A stretch of 63,648 nt of DNA, filler included, from Folioceros fuciformis (GCA_049999805.1; 8 parts of 8 records of this genome joined end to end with filler, not necessarily neighbours in it), one strand, 5' to 3'; counted from the first letter of the whole stretch, positions 24,065 to 37,341 are shown. Numbers and translations: made by a program. The notes: generated by a model not told the origin, from the letters alone.

Positions 24065-24912
24065 GAAAAATGAAGAAGTGAGTGTAGCCAGTGCCAGGCG
24101 GATTCCCAGTGGTGTGTGGATTCTTCTTGGTGGCAAGCACCATTGTTCCCCTAACAAGAAGACGAAGAAGAAGAATTGTATGATTGTGCACTTGAGGGCA
24201 TTTCGCTCTGTGGGACTAGGTACTTCACAACTTTGTAGCGAGCCTAGCATGTTTTCCCTGCACCCCTGCACACTCTTCATGATGAGCACGTTGTACACGT
24301 GCGTTGCAGGGTCTCCTCAACTACTTCTCCTTACCAATACTGCCGTATGTATATGATGCTGTACAGTGCGGGTGAAAGCACATTGGTAGCCAGTATGCCG
24401 AGGAGTATCACTGCACAAGAGCTTGACAGTTCACAGGAAGCAGGTGAAACTAGCAACCCAATCACAATCTAGACAGTGCGAGGCACATATCTAGACTTTG
24501 ACTTAACGGCAATTCCTCGTCTAGTCACATCCAGGACCACGTTGCCGTTTTGGCCTTCAAGATACCAACTGACCCAACTGCGTGACCAGAAGGAGAGACC
24601 GTGATACCATCGCTCGCTTAAAATTTCTTGGGGTATGTAGCTTGACATGCACTTAACGTTGACAAGCCTTAAATGAAATTCTTGTTTTTCTTATGGCAGC
24701 TGACAAGCAATTAACTGTTTTGTATATCTAAACGGAAACATAATGTTACTACCTAATATCCGTCACATGGTGGAGTGGTCTGAAGTACCAGTCTGACAGC
24801 TCGCCCACAGGTACTATAGGACGGCTCACCCCTTCAGGCAGGACGTCTCACGGTTCACCCCTTCAGGCTGCTGTGGTCACACATACATACGTACAATGTA
24901 CCCGGCCGGGGA
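24065..24912 (+). repeat. Inter-gene spacer of the PPR tandem unit
   Basis: Colinear with 53865-54717; includes the direct repeat ACGG(C/T)TCACCCCTTCAGGC twice at ~24821-24869. Confidence 0.9.
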
Positions 24913-27900
24913 TGTTGAGAAAAGACTCTGATAAATTGGATTAAATATGACATATGAAGAGTTGTGTTTCTTCATCTAACTTAACCTTATCCTGACTACT
25001 GATCTGCTTAGTCACATTAAACCCCAACTAGTTAGGTTAAACCCTAAACTGGAGTTTATTCAAACACGCCCCCGTAAGCAGAGCAGGCTGGCGGGATCAG
25101 GAAGAATATGTATTCAATGGCCCATTCTTGTGCAATGTAAGGTCCCTCTTGTGACTTCGCAATTGCGGGGTATCGGGTTGTGTCGATTCCTGCAAGAGAA
25201 GCAGAAAAGGTGCAGAAGGCGAAAATGAGCAGAACCAAAGCAAAGCCAGCAGCGCCACAATGAGGAGAGGAAGCACTGGAGGAGCAACTTTGGATCCTCT
25301 GCCAGTCGGCTTCCATGGGGTATGTGGTAAAATTTCGAAGCTGCTGTGGTTATGCGACTAAGTTCTCTAAGTAGATTCATCCACCATAACCTTTAACATA
25401 AAAAATTAGGCGGCTACTAAAAGTAGGCCCTGATGCCCATAGCCTCCTTGTGTAGATGATGCGTGTATGCAGGCAGGTTCTTGGTCAGTAAGTCTGATGT
25501 GTTTAAGTCAGTGGGCACATACTGAATTTTGACTAGCTTTTGTTCTACATAGTGCCAGATAAAATGGTGATGCACCTCAATGTGCTTAGTGCGGGCGTGA
25601 AAGCGAGGGTTGACAGTCATGGCAATTGTGGACTTGTTGTCATAGAAGATAGGAGTAGGCAGGGACTACGAGAAGCAGAGCCCTTGCAAGAAATAGCACT
25701 CCCAACTAGCTTCCTTAGCAGCCTCTGTCAAGGCGTTGTATTCGGCCTCTATAGAAGATAGGGCGATCGAAACTTGTTTCTTGGAGCTCTAGTGGATAGT
25801 AGCATCGGACAACATGAAGCAATAGGCTGAGATGCTTTGCCTGGAATCTGGGTCGGTGGCCCAATCAGCGTCAGCATAGCCACAAAGGGTAAGTACATCT
25901 CGCCCCCGGAAGCATAAGTTGTGATTCATGGTGCCCTTCAGGTTGCGAAGGATACGTTTATCAGCACTCCAGTGGGCTGAACTAGGATCATCAAGGAACT
26001 GAGACACTAAACTGACTGAGTATTGTATATCAGGACGAGTCCAGCAACTAATATAGTTGAGACAGCCAACGGCATGGCGATAAGGAATGTGAGAAATAGC
26101 GTGGCGGTCCTCCTCAGTTTGAGGGCACTGGTCATGGGAAAGTTTAACACCACAAATGCCAGGAGTGGACAATGACTGGGCAGAATCCAAGTGGAAACAT
26201 CCAAGCATCTTAGCAATGTATTTAGCTTGGTGGAGCATAGTAGTATGTTCAGCGAGATCGCGGGTCAATTGAATTCCCAAAACAAAGGATGACAAGAGAT
26301 CCCTCTTTGAAGTAAATATAGACGTTTGCTTCGCCAGGGTTTTGTTGAAAACCAATGGACTTGAGGTAAGCATCGATAGTCTTATACCATTCTCGTGCAG
26401 ATTGTTCCAAGCTGTAAATGGTCTTCTTGAGATGACAAACCCAATCAGGATGGTCAGGATGGATGAACTCCTCAGGGTGCTTCATGTAAATGTCTTCCTC
26501 TAGCTCACCATAGAGGAAGGCGGTACAAACATCCATTTGTTGTAAGTCCCAGGCGTGTGCGGCAACCAGAGCTAGGATCACTCGGACTGATTGTGTCTTA
26601 ACAATAGGGCTGAAAGTCTCTGTAAAATCAATTCCAGGAACTTGGGAGAACCCTCGAGCAATAAGCTGAGACATGTAGCGAGCGATTTTTCCCTGAGCAT
26701 TTAGTTTATCCTTGAAAACCCACTTGCAGCTGACCACTTTTCTTCGTTTTGGCAGGGGTCAAATATCCCAAGTATGATTCTTGATGAGGGAATCATACTC
26801 GTCCTGGATAGAAGGAATCCAGTGATCCTTATCGGGGCCTGTAGTGGCCTCAATATAGGAGAATGGCTCAAGCCTGCAAGGGTTTGGAGAAGCCCCGAGA
26901 GGAATAGAAACATTAGCTCGAGGAGTCCAAAAATCGATGGAAGCATAAGGGGGTTCAGACCACTAAGCAAGGGGGAAGGCGAGCTCGAGACAAATAGCGG
27001 CGTTCCGCCGATGGGACAAAATCCTCAGGTGGAAGTTGAAGCTCGTCCTCAACAGCAAGTAGATTATCACACGTATCCAGTCCAGCTTTGCAATTGTTGC
27101 GCACCGTCGTCAGAGTTAGTAGAATGGTCAAGAGTGTGATATTCGAGGCCCCCTTCGGCAGGTGCAGGTTCCGGCTCCAAGAATTGCACAACTTGGTCCT
27201 CGGGTAGAGGGGAATCAAGATCAGCAGTATGATAATAATCGATCTTTTCGGCCTCTTCTACAACATCATCTGTTACAGGTACTGGCAAAGAATCCCTGTC
27301 TGCATGTGAGGTGTTAAAATTGGAAGTTGATGTATCAGCTAAAGGTGCTGCAGCAGAAGGGGGCTCAGTAGAAGGGCCATCATCTTGGGGAAACGAGGAA
27401 GGAACCCCAAAATCAAAGAACTCAGTATGAGTAGAAGTCTCTTGGGTGCGAGGTAAGGAATCGAAGTATGGTTTAGCTAGACACAAAAGCTCCTTAAAAG
27501 TCATGCTCCTAGCAAACACAGCTGTATTCAAGACAGTATTGAAAAGCTTGTATGCCTTGGCTTCCTCCCCATACCCCACAAAGAGTAAAGGCTTTGCTCG
27601 ATCAAAGGCTTTGCACTTTTCTTCAGGGATGTACGCGTATGCTGGAGAGCCAAAAACTCGAAGGTCGAGCAAACTGGGTTTCGTGTGCCACATAACCTCA
27701 AAAGGAGTTTGCCCCACCACAGCACTAGTTAGAATTTGGTTAAGGATGTAAGTAACTGTAATACAGCCTCTGCCCAGAAAGCTTTACTAAGACCATACCA
27801 TTCTAACATACTCCTTGTCATGGACAGCAGAGTTTGATTACGGCATTCGGCAACCGTTCTACTGTTGAGTGTATGGTACAATCAACTGCCTAACAATGAG

Positions 27901-28937
27901 ATGCTGGTTGAGGTGACCGTGTACAAACTCAATTCCATTATCTGTGCGCAAGCACTTGAGCAAGCATCTAGTCTGACGTTGAGCCATATGCAGCCATTCT
28001 TCGAAAACACCAAAAGTGTCCAACTTCAAACGTAAGGGGTAAGTCCAAGAATACCTACTATAGTCATCATTGATTGTTAGATAATATTGGGCAACACCTA
28101 GAGATGGAACATGGATTTTTCCTGAAATATCCGTATGTACCAACTCCAGGATCTGGGAAGCACGGTGAGCGACAGCCTTAGGAAAAGGTAACTCCTTTTG
28201 CTTAGCTATTATGTAGGCATCGCAAAGTGGCAAGGAGCTGAAGCACTTTGGAAGTGGCTCTCGATAGCACGAGAGGTTGGACATCTTTATCAACTTGTCA
28301 CAATTAGCATGACCCAATCGGGCATGCCAAAGGCTAGCTTGTACGGACTGTGACAAGCGTGCAACGTGAGCAGCTGCAACAGGTATGCACTGCAAGTCTA
28401 GTTGATAAAGATCGTGAACTGAACCAGATGTGTTGTTGCTACGACCTTGCTTGCTTTCCCATCCTTCTTAAGCAAACAGCTAAAAGAGGTAAATAGCAAG
28501 TCGTACATTAGCTGGCTAACTGACAAGAGGTGCTTGGCCATCTGTGGAATGTACAGGATGCTATCAAGATGAAGGACTGAGCCATCATGAAGCCGAAAAC
28601 GACATGAGCCAGAGCCTTCAATGCGCAGGCTAGTACGCGTAACCTCATCCCCTAACAACACTTTGTCTGATGTTTGGGAGGGCCGGAAATGACTCAGAAG
28701 TGACTTGTCATTGCAGATGTGGGAAGTGGCATCCGAGTCTAGGTACCAGCTATATGGAGAGGGTGCAATTGAGGACGAGAAACAGACCGTCATAACCACT
28801 GGTAGTTTACCGGTAGTAGAAGTGGAAGTTCTGTCCTTGGCAACCACGTGTGCTTTCTCAGTTTTACGTGGTTCACCCGACTTCTTTTTCCAATACTCAC
28901 ATTCCCAATGGCCCTTATTGCCACACCAGTTGCAAGT
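24913..28937 (-). mobile_element. Degenerate Copia element lacking the 5' LTR and most of gag, inserted just upstream of PPR copy B
   Basis: 3' LTR at 24913-25066 (TG...CA) with a PPT-like GGGGG. Motifs: RNaseH HARTKHIEVHHHF, RT QMDVCTAFLYG, integrase WHARLGH/HTDISG/TDNGIEF, protease WYLDSDATSHI, knuckle CNWCGNKGHWEC. Many stops and frameshifts. Confidence 0.92.
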
Positions 28938-28988
28938 GCCTAGACAAGACTTTTGTGAGAGTCATCTTCCGACAGCGGTCTCTAAAAG

Positions 28989-29781
28989 ATGGCCACAGTA
29001 TGGCAACCGGACCTGTTGTGGACCCAACAAATTGGAATTGGTGTGTGTACAAGGACTCTACTAGGAACCCCTCCTCACCTCATCTTCGGGAGTGAACCCT
29101 TTGCAAACAAAGCCTCCACGTGCAGCAATGTCAGGAACCCAGCACTTCCACCTCTAAGAATGAGAAAGTGTATGGGCAGGGATGGGTTTTTTGACAATGC
29201 TGGTAGTTGTCAGGAGCAGCAGGAGCACTTGTGGCAACAACTTTTTCTAAACCCTACCATGTGGTGGGATAACAAACAAGACAAGAAGAGCTCCCATTCC
29301 CCTACCTTCCGGCATAAGGGGTCCAGCGAGGTGTTGTGGTTGGACAACAGGTTTAAGCTAGCTTGGGTTGATGAGCAGGTCGTCTCCTTGGATATGCATA
29401 TGGGTTTGGGTTCCTCTGCTTCCAACTGGAGCTCTCTAGATCATCCTGAACCTGGAAGGCGTACGGGTGGTGAAATGAGCTCCAGGGGCAGCAGTGTAAG
29501 AAACCTAGCACTTCCACATCCAATGGGCCATGGAGTCTCTTCTTTCGAGTGCAGCTCTCTGTATAAGCGTGGATTTGGCAGGCGTGCAGAATTGGAAACG
29601 GGCGTCGTAACTGCTGCAACCATGAGCATGTTATGTCATCTTGGGAAGCTTTCTGAGGCCGTTGGAGCCTTGGAATCTCTGGTGCAGTCAGACTCTGGCG
29701 TTTCTTAGTCTCTGTTTTACACAATGTTAAAACTCTATACAGCTAAGAAGGATTTGGTGGTGGGGCGACTAGGTCATGATC
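28989..29781 (+). pseudogene. PPR DYW:KP array copy B, N-terminal part; nonsense mutation and LTR insertion
   Basis: Colinear with 54772-55564 (MATVWQPDLLWTQQIG...). TAG at 29706-29708 where copy D has CAG. Cut by an LTR at 29782. Confidence 0.92.
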
Positions 29782-30963
29782 TGTGGTGGAAAAACCCTGG
29801 GGGCTTCCCTTTAGCGGCCACACCTATCCCGCTGTCATGTAGTCTAGCAGGTTTCGTTCCCTCAAAGGAGGGCCTGCCCCAGTTGTGTGTGAACGACTCT
29901 ACTCGTACCTCTTTTCTACCACGACCCTCGCAAGCTGGAATACACCTCCTGCCCCCCAACCACGCCTCTGCTGTCAGCGACTCACTCCAGTAGGACACCC
30001 ACGTTCCTCACTCTCTTCCCCGGTTACTTCCTTGTGGCCAGTCCAACACCTCCTCTCTTGCTCTCATCTCTTCTTCTCCTCTATCTAATTCTCCCAAACC
30101 AGCCTTCCCTTCTCAACTCAACTCCCTCAACTCCTCTACTCCATACCTACCTATGCAACTCCTTCATTCTTCCTTCGTCAGGGGAGTGGTTGCCTGACCT
30201 CGTTCACGAGGAGGACCACTGATGCGGTGGTAGCAAAGATCTCCAGTCAGCTCTCGCTGAGTCGAAGACCCGGGCCCTTCTCGACAAACTCACCCAGGTC
30301 GGACACCACAGGCGTGCGTGCGAAACACGGCACCTCACATCCAGGCGTCTGGGCCATCACGATCCCCACCAAGCTACCAGACACTGCAGATGACGAAGCC
30401 GGCAGGAGCGCACTCGTTGGAACACGAACAAGTGTGCTCAGGCTTGGTGAAAAACGGAGAACGACCACTTTATCTCTTGAGCCCTATGACTCTTTGTGGA
30501 GGCAAAACCCCAGGCACTGATTGCCAACGGGTTCCACCTTTAGTGGCCACACTTATCCCACTGTCGTTGAGACATTGGGTTTCATTCCCACGAAGGAGCG
30601 ATGGGGTTCCTTGCTGTCATGGATGGAGGGTCGAACTTGATGGACTCGATGATGGATTCGAGGGCTCCCCTCCAGCTCCGATTAGGAGTTGGACAGGCCT
30701 CGTTGTCCGGCGGTCAGCTGCACCTCTCTCGATGCCCACAAACTCACTCCAGTCACTACAACGACCCTAACCTCTTAGATCTACGACTTCCCTCACTCAC
30801 TTCACTCACTCTCTCACTCCAGCACCAACACCAGCAACTAACAATGACACCACTACCTTCTACACTTCCCTACTGACTCCTCCTACCCGGCAAGAGTCAC
30901 CCGCGATGGCGCTAGGTCTGCAACGCCGCGGCGAGGGGAAGGGGAAAGCAATCGGGACAAGAG
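29782..30963 (+). mobile_element. LTR (29782-30310, TGTGGTG...CACCACA) with flanking sequence and a related LTR nested at 30495
   Basis: 7-bp terminal inverted repeat; homologous to 18690-19105 (inverted). A second TGTGGAGGCAAAACCCC start at 30495 interrupts that homology. Confidence 0.7.
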
Positions 30964-32060
30964 NNNNNNNNNNNNNNNNNNNNNNNNNNNNNNNNNNNNN
31001 NNNNNNNTTAATTAATTAANNNNNNNNNNNNNNNNNNNNNNNNNNNNNNNNNNNNNNNNNNNNGCCAGCAATCGCACACCTCCACAAACCACGACGCCCT
31101 CTATCACACTGTCTACCTAGACTCTCACAACAAGTGCCATCGCCCATAGCTACTTGGCCGGTTGCCAGAGTACCTGAGCTCCAACGCATCACAAAACTCA
31201 CTCGAATCCACCCACAACCTCCATCGGCCCTGCGCGCATCGGTCCCAAGTGCCGGATAGCAACGTGCAGAGAGACTCGTTCTCATTCAGTGTGTTCCGTT
31301 TTGTAGGCAACCTACAACACGATCCAGAAGCTTCCGACCTCTCTTCCTCCGACCTTCCCAGCACTCTCGCCCGCTCCCCAGGCCCTGCCACGCATCTTGG
31401 CATCTTTTCATCACCTTCCTGGACCCATCCGCCGGTACGGCGCCTGTGCATCTGACAGCACATCGAAAACGCCCACGATAGAAAACAATTTTCTGACTTT
31501 CTCCACCCGTGCTCGACAAGTGAGAGGGGTGCGGAGAGGGAGAGCTACACCATCCCACCACCTTCCTCCATCACAACTTACCATCACCTCACCAGCTTCA
31601 GGCTATTAACGCCTGCACAACTCTGTTCCAACTCGAGATCGTCGGTCAATTCACAGTCAGGCACTCACCTTAGCACAGTGCGTGTGAATGACATGGCTAC
31701 CAAATGATGACGTCTGCGCCTGCACCACACGCCCTGAGACCCCAGCAACTTCATCCCTCGCCCATAATGTGGTGACCAGTAAGTGCTATTTCACATGGTG
31801 GCCTCCATCCACTGCACCACGACTTCGGAATTACCTTCTCCTCTCGCATACGACAAGTGTACACAAACAGGAATCTCACAATCATATACAATGCATTGCA
31901 GGTTCCATGAATCTACATACAAGATTGTGTAGAAAACAAATGGTTATGACAGCTATTGTTGGCACCACCTTCCTTGCACCACAAAGAATGCATAATATTA
32001 TACGTGAGTCAAGATCTGGGCCTTGGGAAAAGACCACGCCTCTTTCACCGTCCGCGTCCG

Positions 32061-33165
32061 CTTATCCTATTCAACGAGTGGAACCGAGCTGACTGACACC
32101 CTACGTTGGCCACTGAGTGCAAGACCTCCAGACACAGGACGACAGCCTGGAGGAGCCGTGAACGGAGGACGCCTTGAAACTCGTGACAACATGGTGGCCT
32201 GAACCACCGTGACAAATTATGTCAATGCCTACCTATGCATCTCACCTCAGCAGCCTTGCCAACCTTCCTGCCCTGCGTCAAGCGCAGTGCAGACAGAAAC
32301 ATGAAGAAGCAACATGGTTCATCAGACAGCCTTCTGTATGCAAGCCCAAGGGGGTTTCTCATTCACGACTCAATGCAACAACGAACTCATGTGGATGTGT
32401 TAAGGATTCTAGTAGACTCTGCAAGCATCATCGGCAAGCATCGTTACAGAGACAGGGCACCCTGCAGCTTCGAATTNNNNNNNNNNNNNNNNNNNNNNNN
32501 NNNNNNNNNNNNNNNNNNNNNNNNNNNNNNNNNNNNNNNNNNNNNNNNNNNNNNNNNNNNNNNNNNNNNNNNNNNNTGTGTGCATGCGAATGCACAGACA
32601 CGAAGAGGGAGTTCTGGGTCAGCTGTGGAAATCAGGGTGAGCCACAGACGGACATCAGGTGCTTCTACACGTGTCCGGAATCCATCCCACACCTCCAGTG
32701 TAATCTGTCCCACACTCTTTCCAAACCAACGGGAACCACAAAAGCTCTGCCTACGACTTGAACCTGAACCGCCTTGCCACATCGGAGACTGAAGGTTTCG
32801 CCTCCTGCAACAGGCTGTGCTTGCCCGACATGTTCTCTTGGAACACTCGCATCCTGCTGTGGAACAAAAGTATAGGTGCACATACTCACCTTGTTTTGCA
32901 TTGCATTAGCCCTGCAAGCAAATCTCTCCTCACCAGTGTCTGCGTTCGTGGCTCAGGAATGCAGTCACCACAGGCTGTCACTCAAAGCAAGAATGCATTT
33001 GTCGCTTGTGCGTTTAGAGAGCAGGAAATTACCCAGTCCATCAGAATCTCTCACTAGCGCCCACACACGGACCTCAAGATTTGTGCCCTGCCCTGCATCT
33101 CTTCGCTCTCGTCCTGCCACAAGAACAGTAGCTGCTGTACAGTGTACGAGGAAGCAGCACACCAT
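32061..33165 (+). repeat. ~1.1-kb duplicated segment, copy 1
   Basis: Colinear and moderately diverged relative to 37342-38371. Confidence 0.9.
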
Positions 33166-33567
33166 CGACTACCACTCATCCCAGCATTTAAATGCCTACG
33201 CTGTGCTCCTGGGACAAGTAAATAACAGGTGGAAATAATATACACTCTCTAAGCGTACCCCTAATTGAGCATTCCTAAGCATCCGCGAGTGGGGGACAGG
33301 CAGATGTTGAGTTTAGACTCCCGTCGTGGCGTGTCCAACAAATGCTCACTGCTAACATAATTCGTGTTTGTGGTGGAGATGGTTTCATCTGCCCGTAAGA
33401 AAGTAGGGCGTCACCTGTGAAACCTCTGGAATCGACTGAGCTCAGCAGTAGTGCTTTGCGCCAGCACGACGGAGTTTTCCTCTCCTCTAGTTTCCTGTTC
33501 TGTCCCTGCCGGCAGCTGCTGCCGAGCACAGTCGTGAAAATCGATTTCTTTCTAGGACGGGTGCAGA

Positions 33568-34570
33568 ATGCCGCGGCTAAGCTCAATTCCACGACTCATG
33601 ATCGTCCCGGAGCTTGATCACACCATACGGCTTTGGACTTGATGTGTGATTTTGTTGTGGAGTCTGGCATCAAGAGTGACAGGTGTGGAACGCTTAAATT
33701 ACTGTTGCAGGTGATCATCATGATGAGGATCAGACCTGTGTACTTATGTTCAATGCGCCCTAGCAAACGGAGTCCAATCCTGACTCCGCGCTTGCGCTGG
33801 TGTTTTCCATCGGAAGGTCTCCGATGTTGTGCGAGGACCTCACCTCAGGAGTGCCAAGCCCTTGGCTACACCACACATTGTGAATGCTGGTTGGGACTGA
33901 AATCATGGGCGGGGAGGCCACGACTCCTGAGTCTGCTTACGAGGAGGTGCTCACTGGAAGGCGGGCTGGGAGTGTTGTGGTGGAAGCGGCGGAAAAGTAC
34001 TCCCAGCTGAGCGTTCAGGTGTGTTGCTTAGGGGCTTTGATCTGTTATGGAGGCGTGGATGTTGAAGTCCTCTTTAAGATGCTTATCCAGGTTCCGAATC
34101 CAGACGATCTTTCGTCATGACCGAAGTATGCTTGTGCTTTGCAGGCAGACAGAAAACAGGGACCTACCTAAGATACCTGTAGTTGGCGGAGGCAGATGCG
34201 GAAGACGTTGTGGCGTGTTCGTCAGAGACATTGAGAGACGGTGGGATGAGCACAACCGAAACGAGGCTCCGTACGGGCCTTTGCTGCCTTCCTTCTGTGC
34301 TTAGCGGAGGTTGGCTTCTAACCTTGAAGCATGTGCGATTGTGAACAGCTGGAAGTTAAAATAGCTGGGCGCGCTAATCTGGAAGTGTTGCCAGCAGCAG
34401 CGGTGAAAGGAGAGGCCCTGGCTTACCTTGTGCGCAGGTACGAGGCGGAGGGAATTTCTCCACGGATTACAATCCCCTCGTATGTGGTGATTCCCCTCGT
34501 ATGTGGTGATTCTGGAAGTGATGCGAAACTTTTCAGTGTGCCGGGCGTTCATGGGGTCATGGTTGTCTCG
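33568..34570 (+). pseudogene. SPP: Sucrose-phosphate phosphatase pseudogene (intron-containing, 3'-truncated)
   Basis: Segments MPRLSSIPRLMIVPELDHTI, DHHDED...LVFSIGRSP, LVGTEI and [17 protein letters not shown]...[23 protein letters not shown] match plant SPP HAD motifs. Stops and frameshifts present; motif I is degenerate. Confidence 0.85.
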
Positions 34571-35400
34571 CATGATGACATATGATGCAGCGATGGTTGG
34601 GTCTACCTTTAAGATGGCCTCTATGACAGTTTTCGTAAGTCCACGTTTCTGTGGATCCGGCTCGCTCCCAGCAAAGACATCCACAGACTGCTGTCCGCCT
34701 GCACAGGCAGACTGGTGATGAAGTCGTGAGCTTCTTCTAGGCGACCCGACGGGCCTAACAGGTCGGTCATGCAGAAATAGTGGTCCATGTCAGCAGCCAC
34801 ACCGTATTGCTCATACATGGCCTGAAAGAGGCGGGTTCCTTCCTCTAACAGGCCACTGTGACTGCAGGCAGACAGTAAACAGACGAATGTGACCTTGTTG
34901 GGAAGTACGCCCTCCCTCCGCATTTGATAGAAGAGCTGAAGGGCCATTTCACCATCTCCATAGCGGGCCTATCCACCCATCATCGCATTCCAAGACACCA
35001 GATCCTTCTCTGCCAGTCCTTGGAACACGGTTCTTGCATCTTCCAAGCTCCCACATTTTCCATACATGTCAGTCCTCTGAGTGTTGCCCACAGACACATC
35101 TGTGTCAAGGCCCGTCTCCACTGCGGGACTGACGTTCACTTCTGATGATAACGGAGTGAACTCGTCTGCCCACATCCAAATCTTTCTTTTCAATGCACCT
35201 TTGCAGAAGACTGTACAGGATGTTTGTCCGAAGACGAATGCCTTGCTGTTGGAAAGCTTCCACAGCCTGGATTTCATGTTCCAGCTGGAGCCAATCCTGG
35301 TCCCTTGTGTGCAACTTTCCAACTCCATAACTGTCATCCCGTCCCAATCTGCAACATTGCGTGCAGAAGGTGGGGCCCTGGTCAGTAACTGAGCACACAG
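34571..35400 (-). pseudogene. PLS-E PPR pseudogene, internally deleted and truncated
   Basis: Segments LYSLLQRCIEKKDLDVGRRVH, DMYGKCGSLEDARTVF, TFVCLLSACSHSGLLEEG, HYFCMTDLLG and [13 protein letters not shown], spread over several frames. Confidence 0.88.
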
Positions 35401-36424
35401 GAAGATGCACATCCAGGAATGTACTTGCCTCAAACCAATTGCTCCTTGGGAAACTCCTGATGCTGCCGTTTGCTGACCTCTCACTGCTTTTCTGCCACTC
35501 CATAGCCACCCCTTCGCTCTGTGTTGCAAAAGGTTGAAGAGTTCTGATGCTGCCTGTCAGTGACGTATCCGCAGGGTCAATTCTTCGAATACAGCTCCTA
35601 TTGCACGAAAATAGAGGAAGAGGCAGATGTCCAGCTTGCACAGTTTTGCATAACCAAGGACCAGGGAATGAAGTATTACCATGTAGCTCCCGCAGACATC
35701 GCCTGCCTAGACTTGCGTCCGGCAGGTTTCGGAGCTGTTTCGCTGCAGCTCATGGCTGCTCTGATGGCACCCCACGTCTGGGTGGCAGGGATCGTTCAAA
35801 CAGCCTTCTTGGCTGCAAGCTTTAGGGGCCGTTGACAAGGCATTGGGTGAAAGCAAGCCCGGAGAACGGATGCATGCCGCAGACCATATGAAGCAGAACA
35901 GCTGAGAATACCTGGTGCTCCTCACGAGAAAATTACCCTGCTGTCTCTGAAGGGGAGGAGAGTCAACCCCAACCCACATCTGTCCGCCCCGCAAACGTCT
36001 GCACTTAAGGGCCCAGAGCTTGAGAACACAAGGGGTGAGAGTCGCTTAGGCACACTAGGTTTCTTTTGCGGGGCTTACGATTGTGCAGGCGATACAGTGT
36101 AGCAACCCAATCTGCAGGACGCAACGTATCTGACCGATGCTGGGCATTCTAGGTCGAACACCCTACAGTCTGGTTGGCTTTTCACCAATTCAGGATTTGC
36201 CATGAATTTCAGTCGTGCGAAGGCTCCAGCTAGACATTGAGGCATGGTTTGTGGCAGTTGACAGTTGCTGATCACTACAGAGAACCTTCAAGTATGTGGA
36301 CTTGGTGCACAGCGATGGAAGAGCGGACTCACATGATCACCTTGCCCTAGAGGAGCGCTCGTCGAGGACTTCTCAGGGTTGGACGAAGTTTTTTCTGCTC
36401 CTTTTGCAGCGTCCTCCTAAGTAG

Positions 36425-37307
36425 ATGAGGAACATGGGTTCGGCAGTGACAAGGAGAATTTTGTCAGGTATCCTTATGTTCACAGATGGGATCCTTGTAC
36501 ATCGTTGGGATATGGCAAAGCTTCTTGCTGGTATCATATAATGGCTAGCTTGGTCTGATGCTTTGCTGGTACTTTCAGCCAAGTGTGCGAAGATGACCAG
36601 CTGTTCGAAGCAGTGCGGGCTTTGGACCTCATGTGCAAGCAGGGAATCCAGGTGTCGGTGGGTATTTGGTATCCTTTGTTGAAGAGGTGGCTAGGCTCAC
36701 AAGAGCCTAGCCTAGCCGTGGGACGGTATGTGCATGCCCTTGGATACAGACGTGGGTACAGCCGCAACATTTTTCTAGGAAACCACATCATCCCCATGTA
36801 TGCCTCTTATGGTAGTCTAGCAGAGGCCAACTAGGTGGTCAGGACACTTACGGCACCCAATGGTTTCGTCTGGACTTCAATGGTTACAGCATAAGCGCAA
36901 CATGGGGAAGCTGAGCAGGCCATAAAACTGTATTTGCAGACGCGGCAATCCAGTGTGAAACCAAATGACTACACGTTTGTGGCAGTGTTGAAAGCCTGTG
37001 CAGACATCGGTGATTTGGCAACAGGCAAACTGTTACATGCTGATTTGGTGGGCAGCTGCTTTGAGGTGAATGGGTGTGTGGAGAGTGCATTGGTGGACCC
37101 GCTGAGAAGCTTGCATTAGCTTATGGTCTCCTCAACACACCCGAATGCACCACCTTGCTGGTAACGAAAAATCTGCGGATGTGTGACCATTGCCACAGAG
37201 GCACGAAGATCTTCTCCAAGATTGAGAATAGGGAGATCATAATTAGAGACGCCCACCGAGTTCATCCCTTCGAGGGTGGCCTTTGTTCGTGCGGAGACCA
37301 CAATTGA
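36425..37307 (+). pseudogene. PPR DYW:KP-type pseudogene with a large internal deletion (C-terminus CSCGDHN)
   Basis: N-terminal L-S-P-L motifs with stops jump at LVD directly to AEKLALAYGLLNTP...NLRMCDHCH...RDAHRVHPF...CSC. The His of HxE is lost. Confidence 0.88.
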
Positions 37308-37341
37308 GAGCTGTCAGTACGAACAGAAATTCAGGATCACA

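Noticed and set aside
24006-24356. Spacer ORFs conserved between 24006-24356 and 53833-54192
   Set aside because: Conservation is explained by recent duplication of the array unit; no recognisable domain
29706-29708. Idea that CAG-to-TAG or CGA-to-TGA stops (here, 3621, 10898, 11267) are repaired by the neighbouring U-to-C editors
   Set aside because: These are nuclear loci, whereas such editing is organellar. Methylcytosine deamination explains the stops, and three of the four loci or their elements show further damage.
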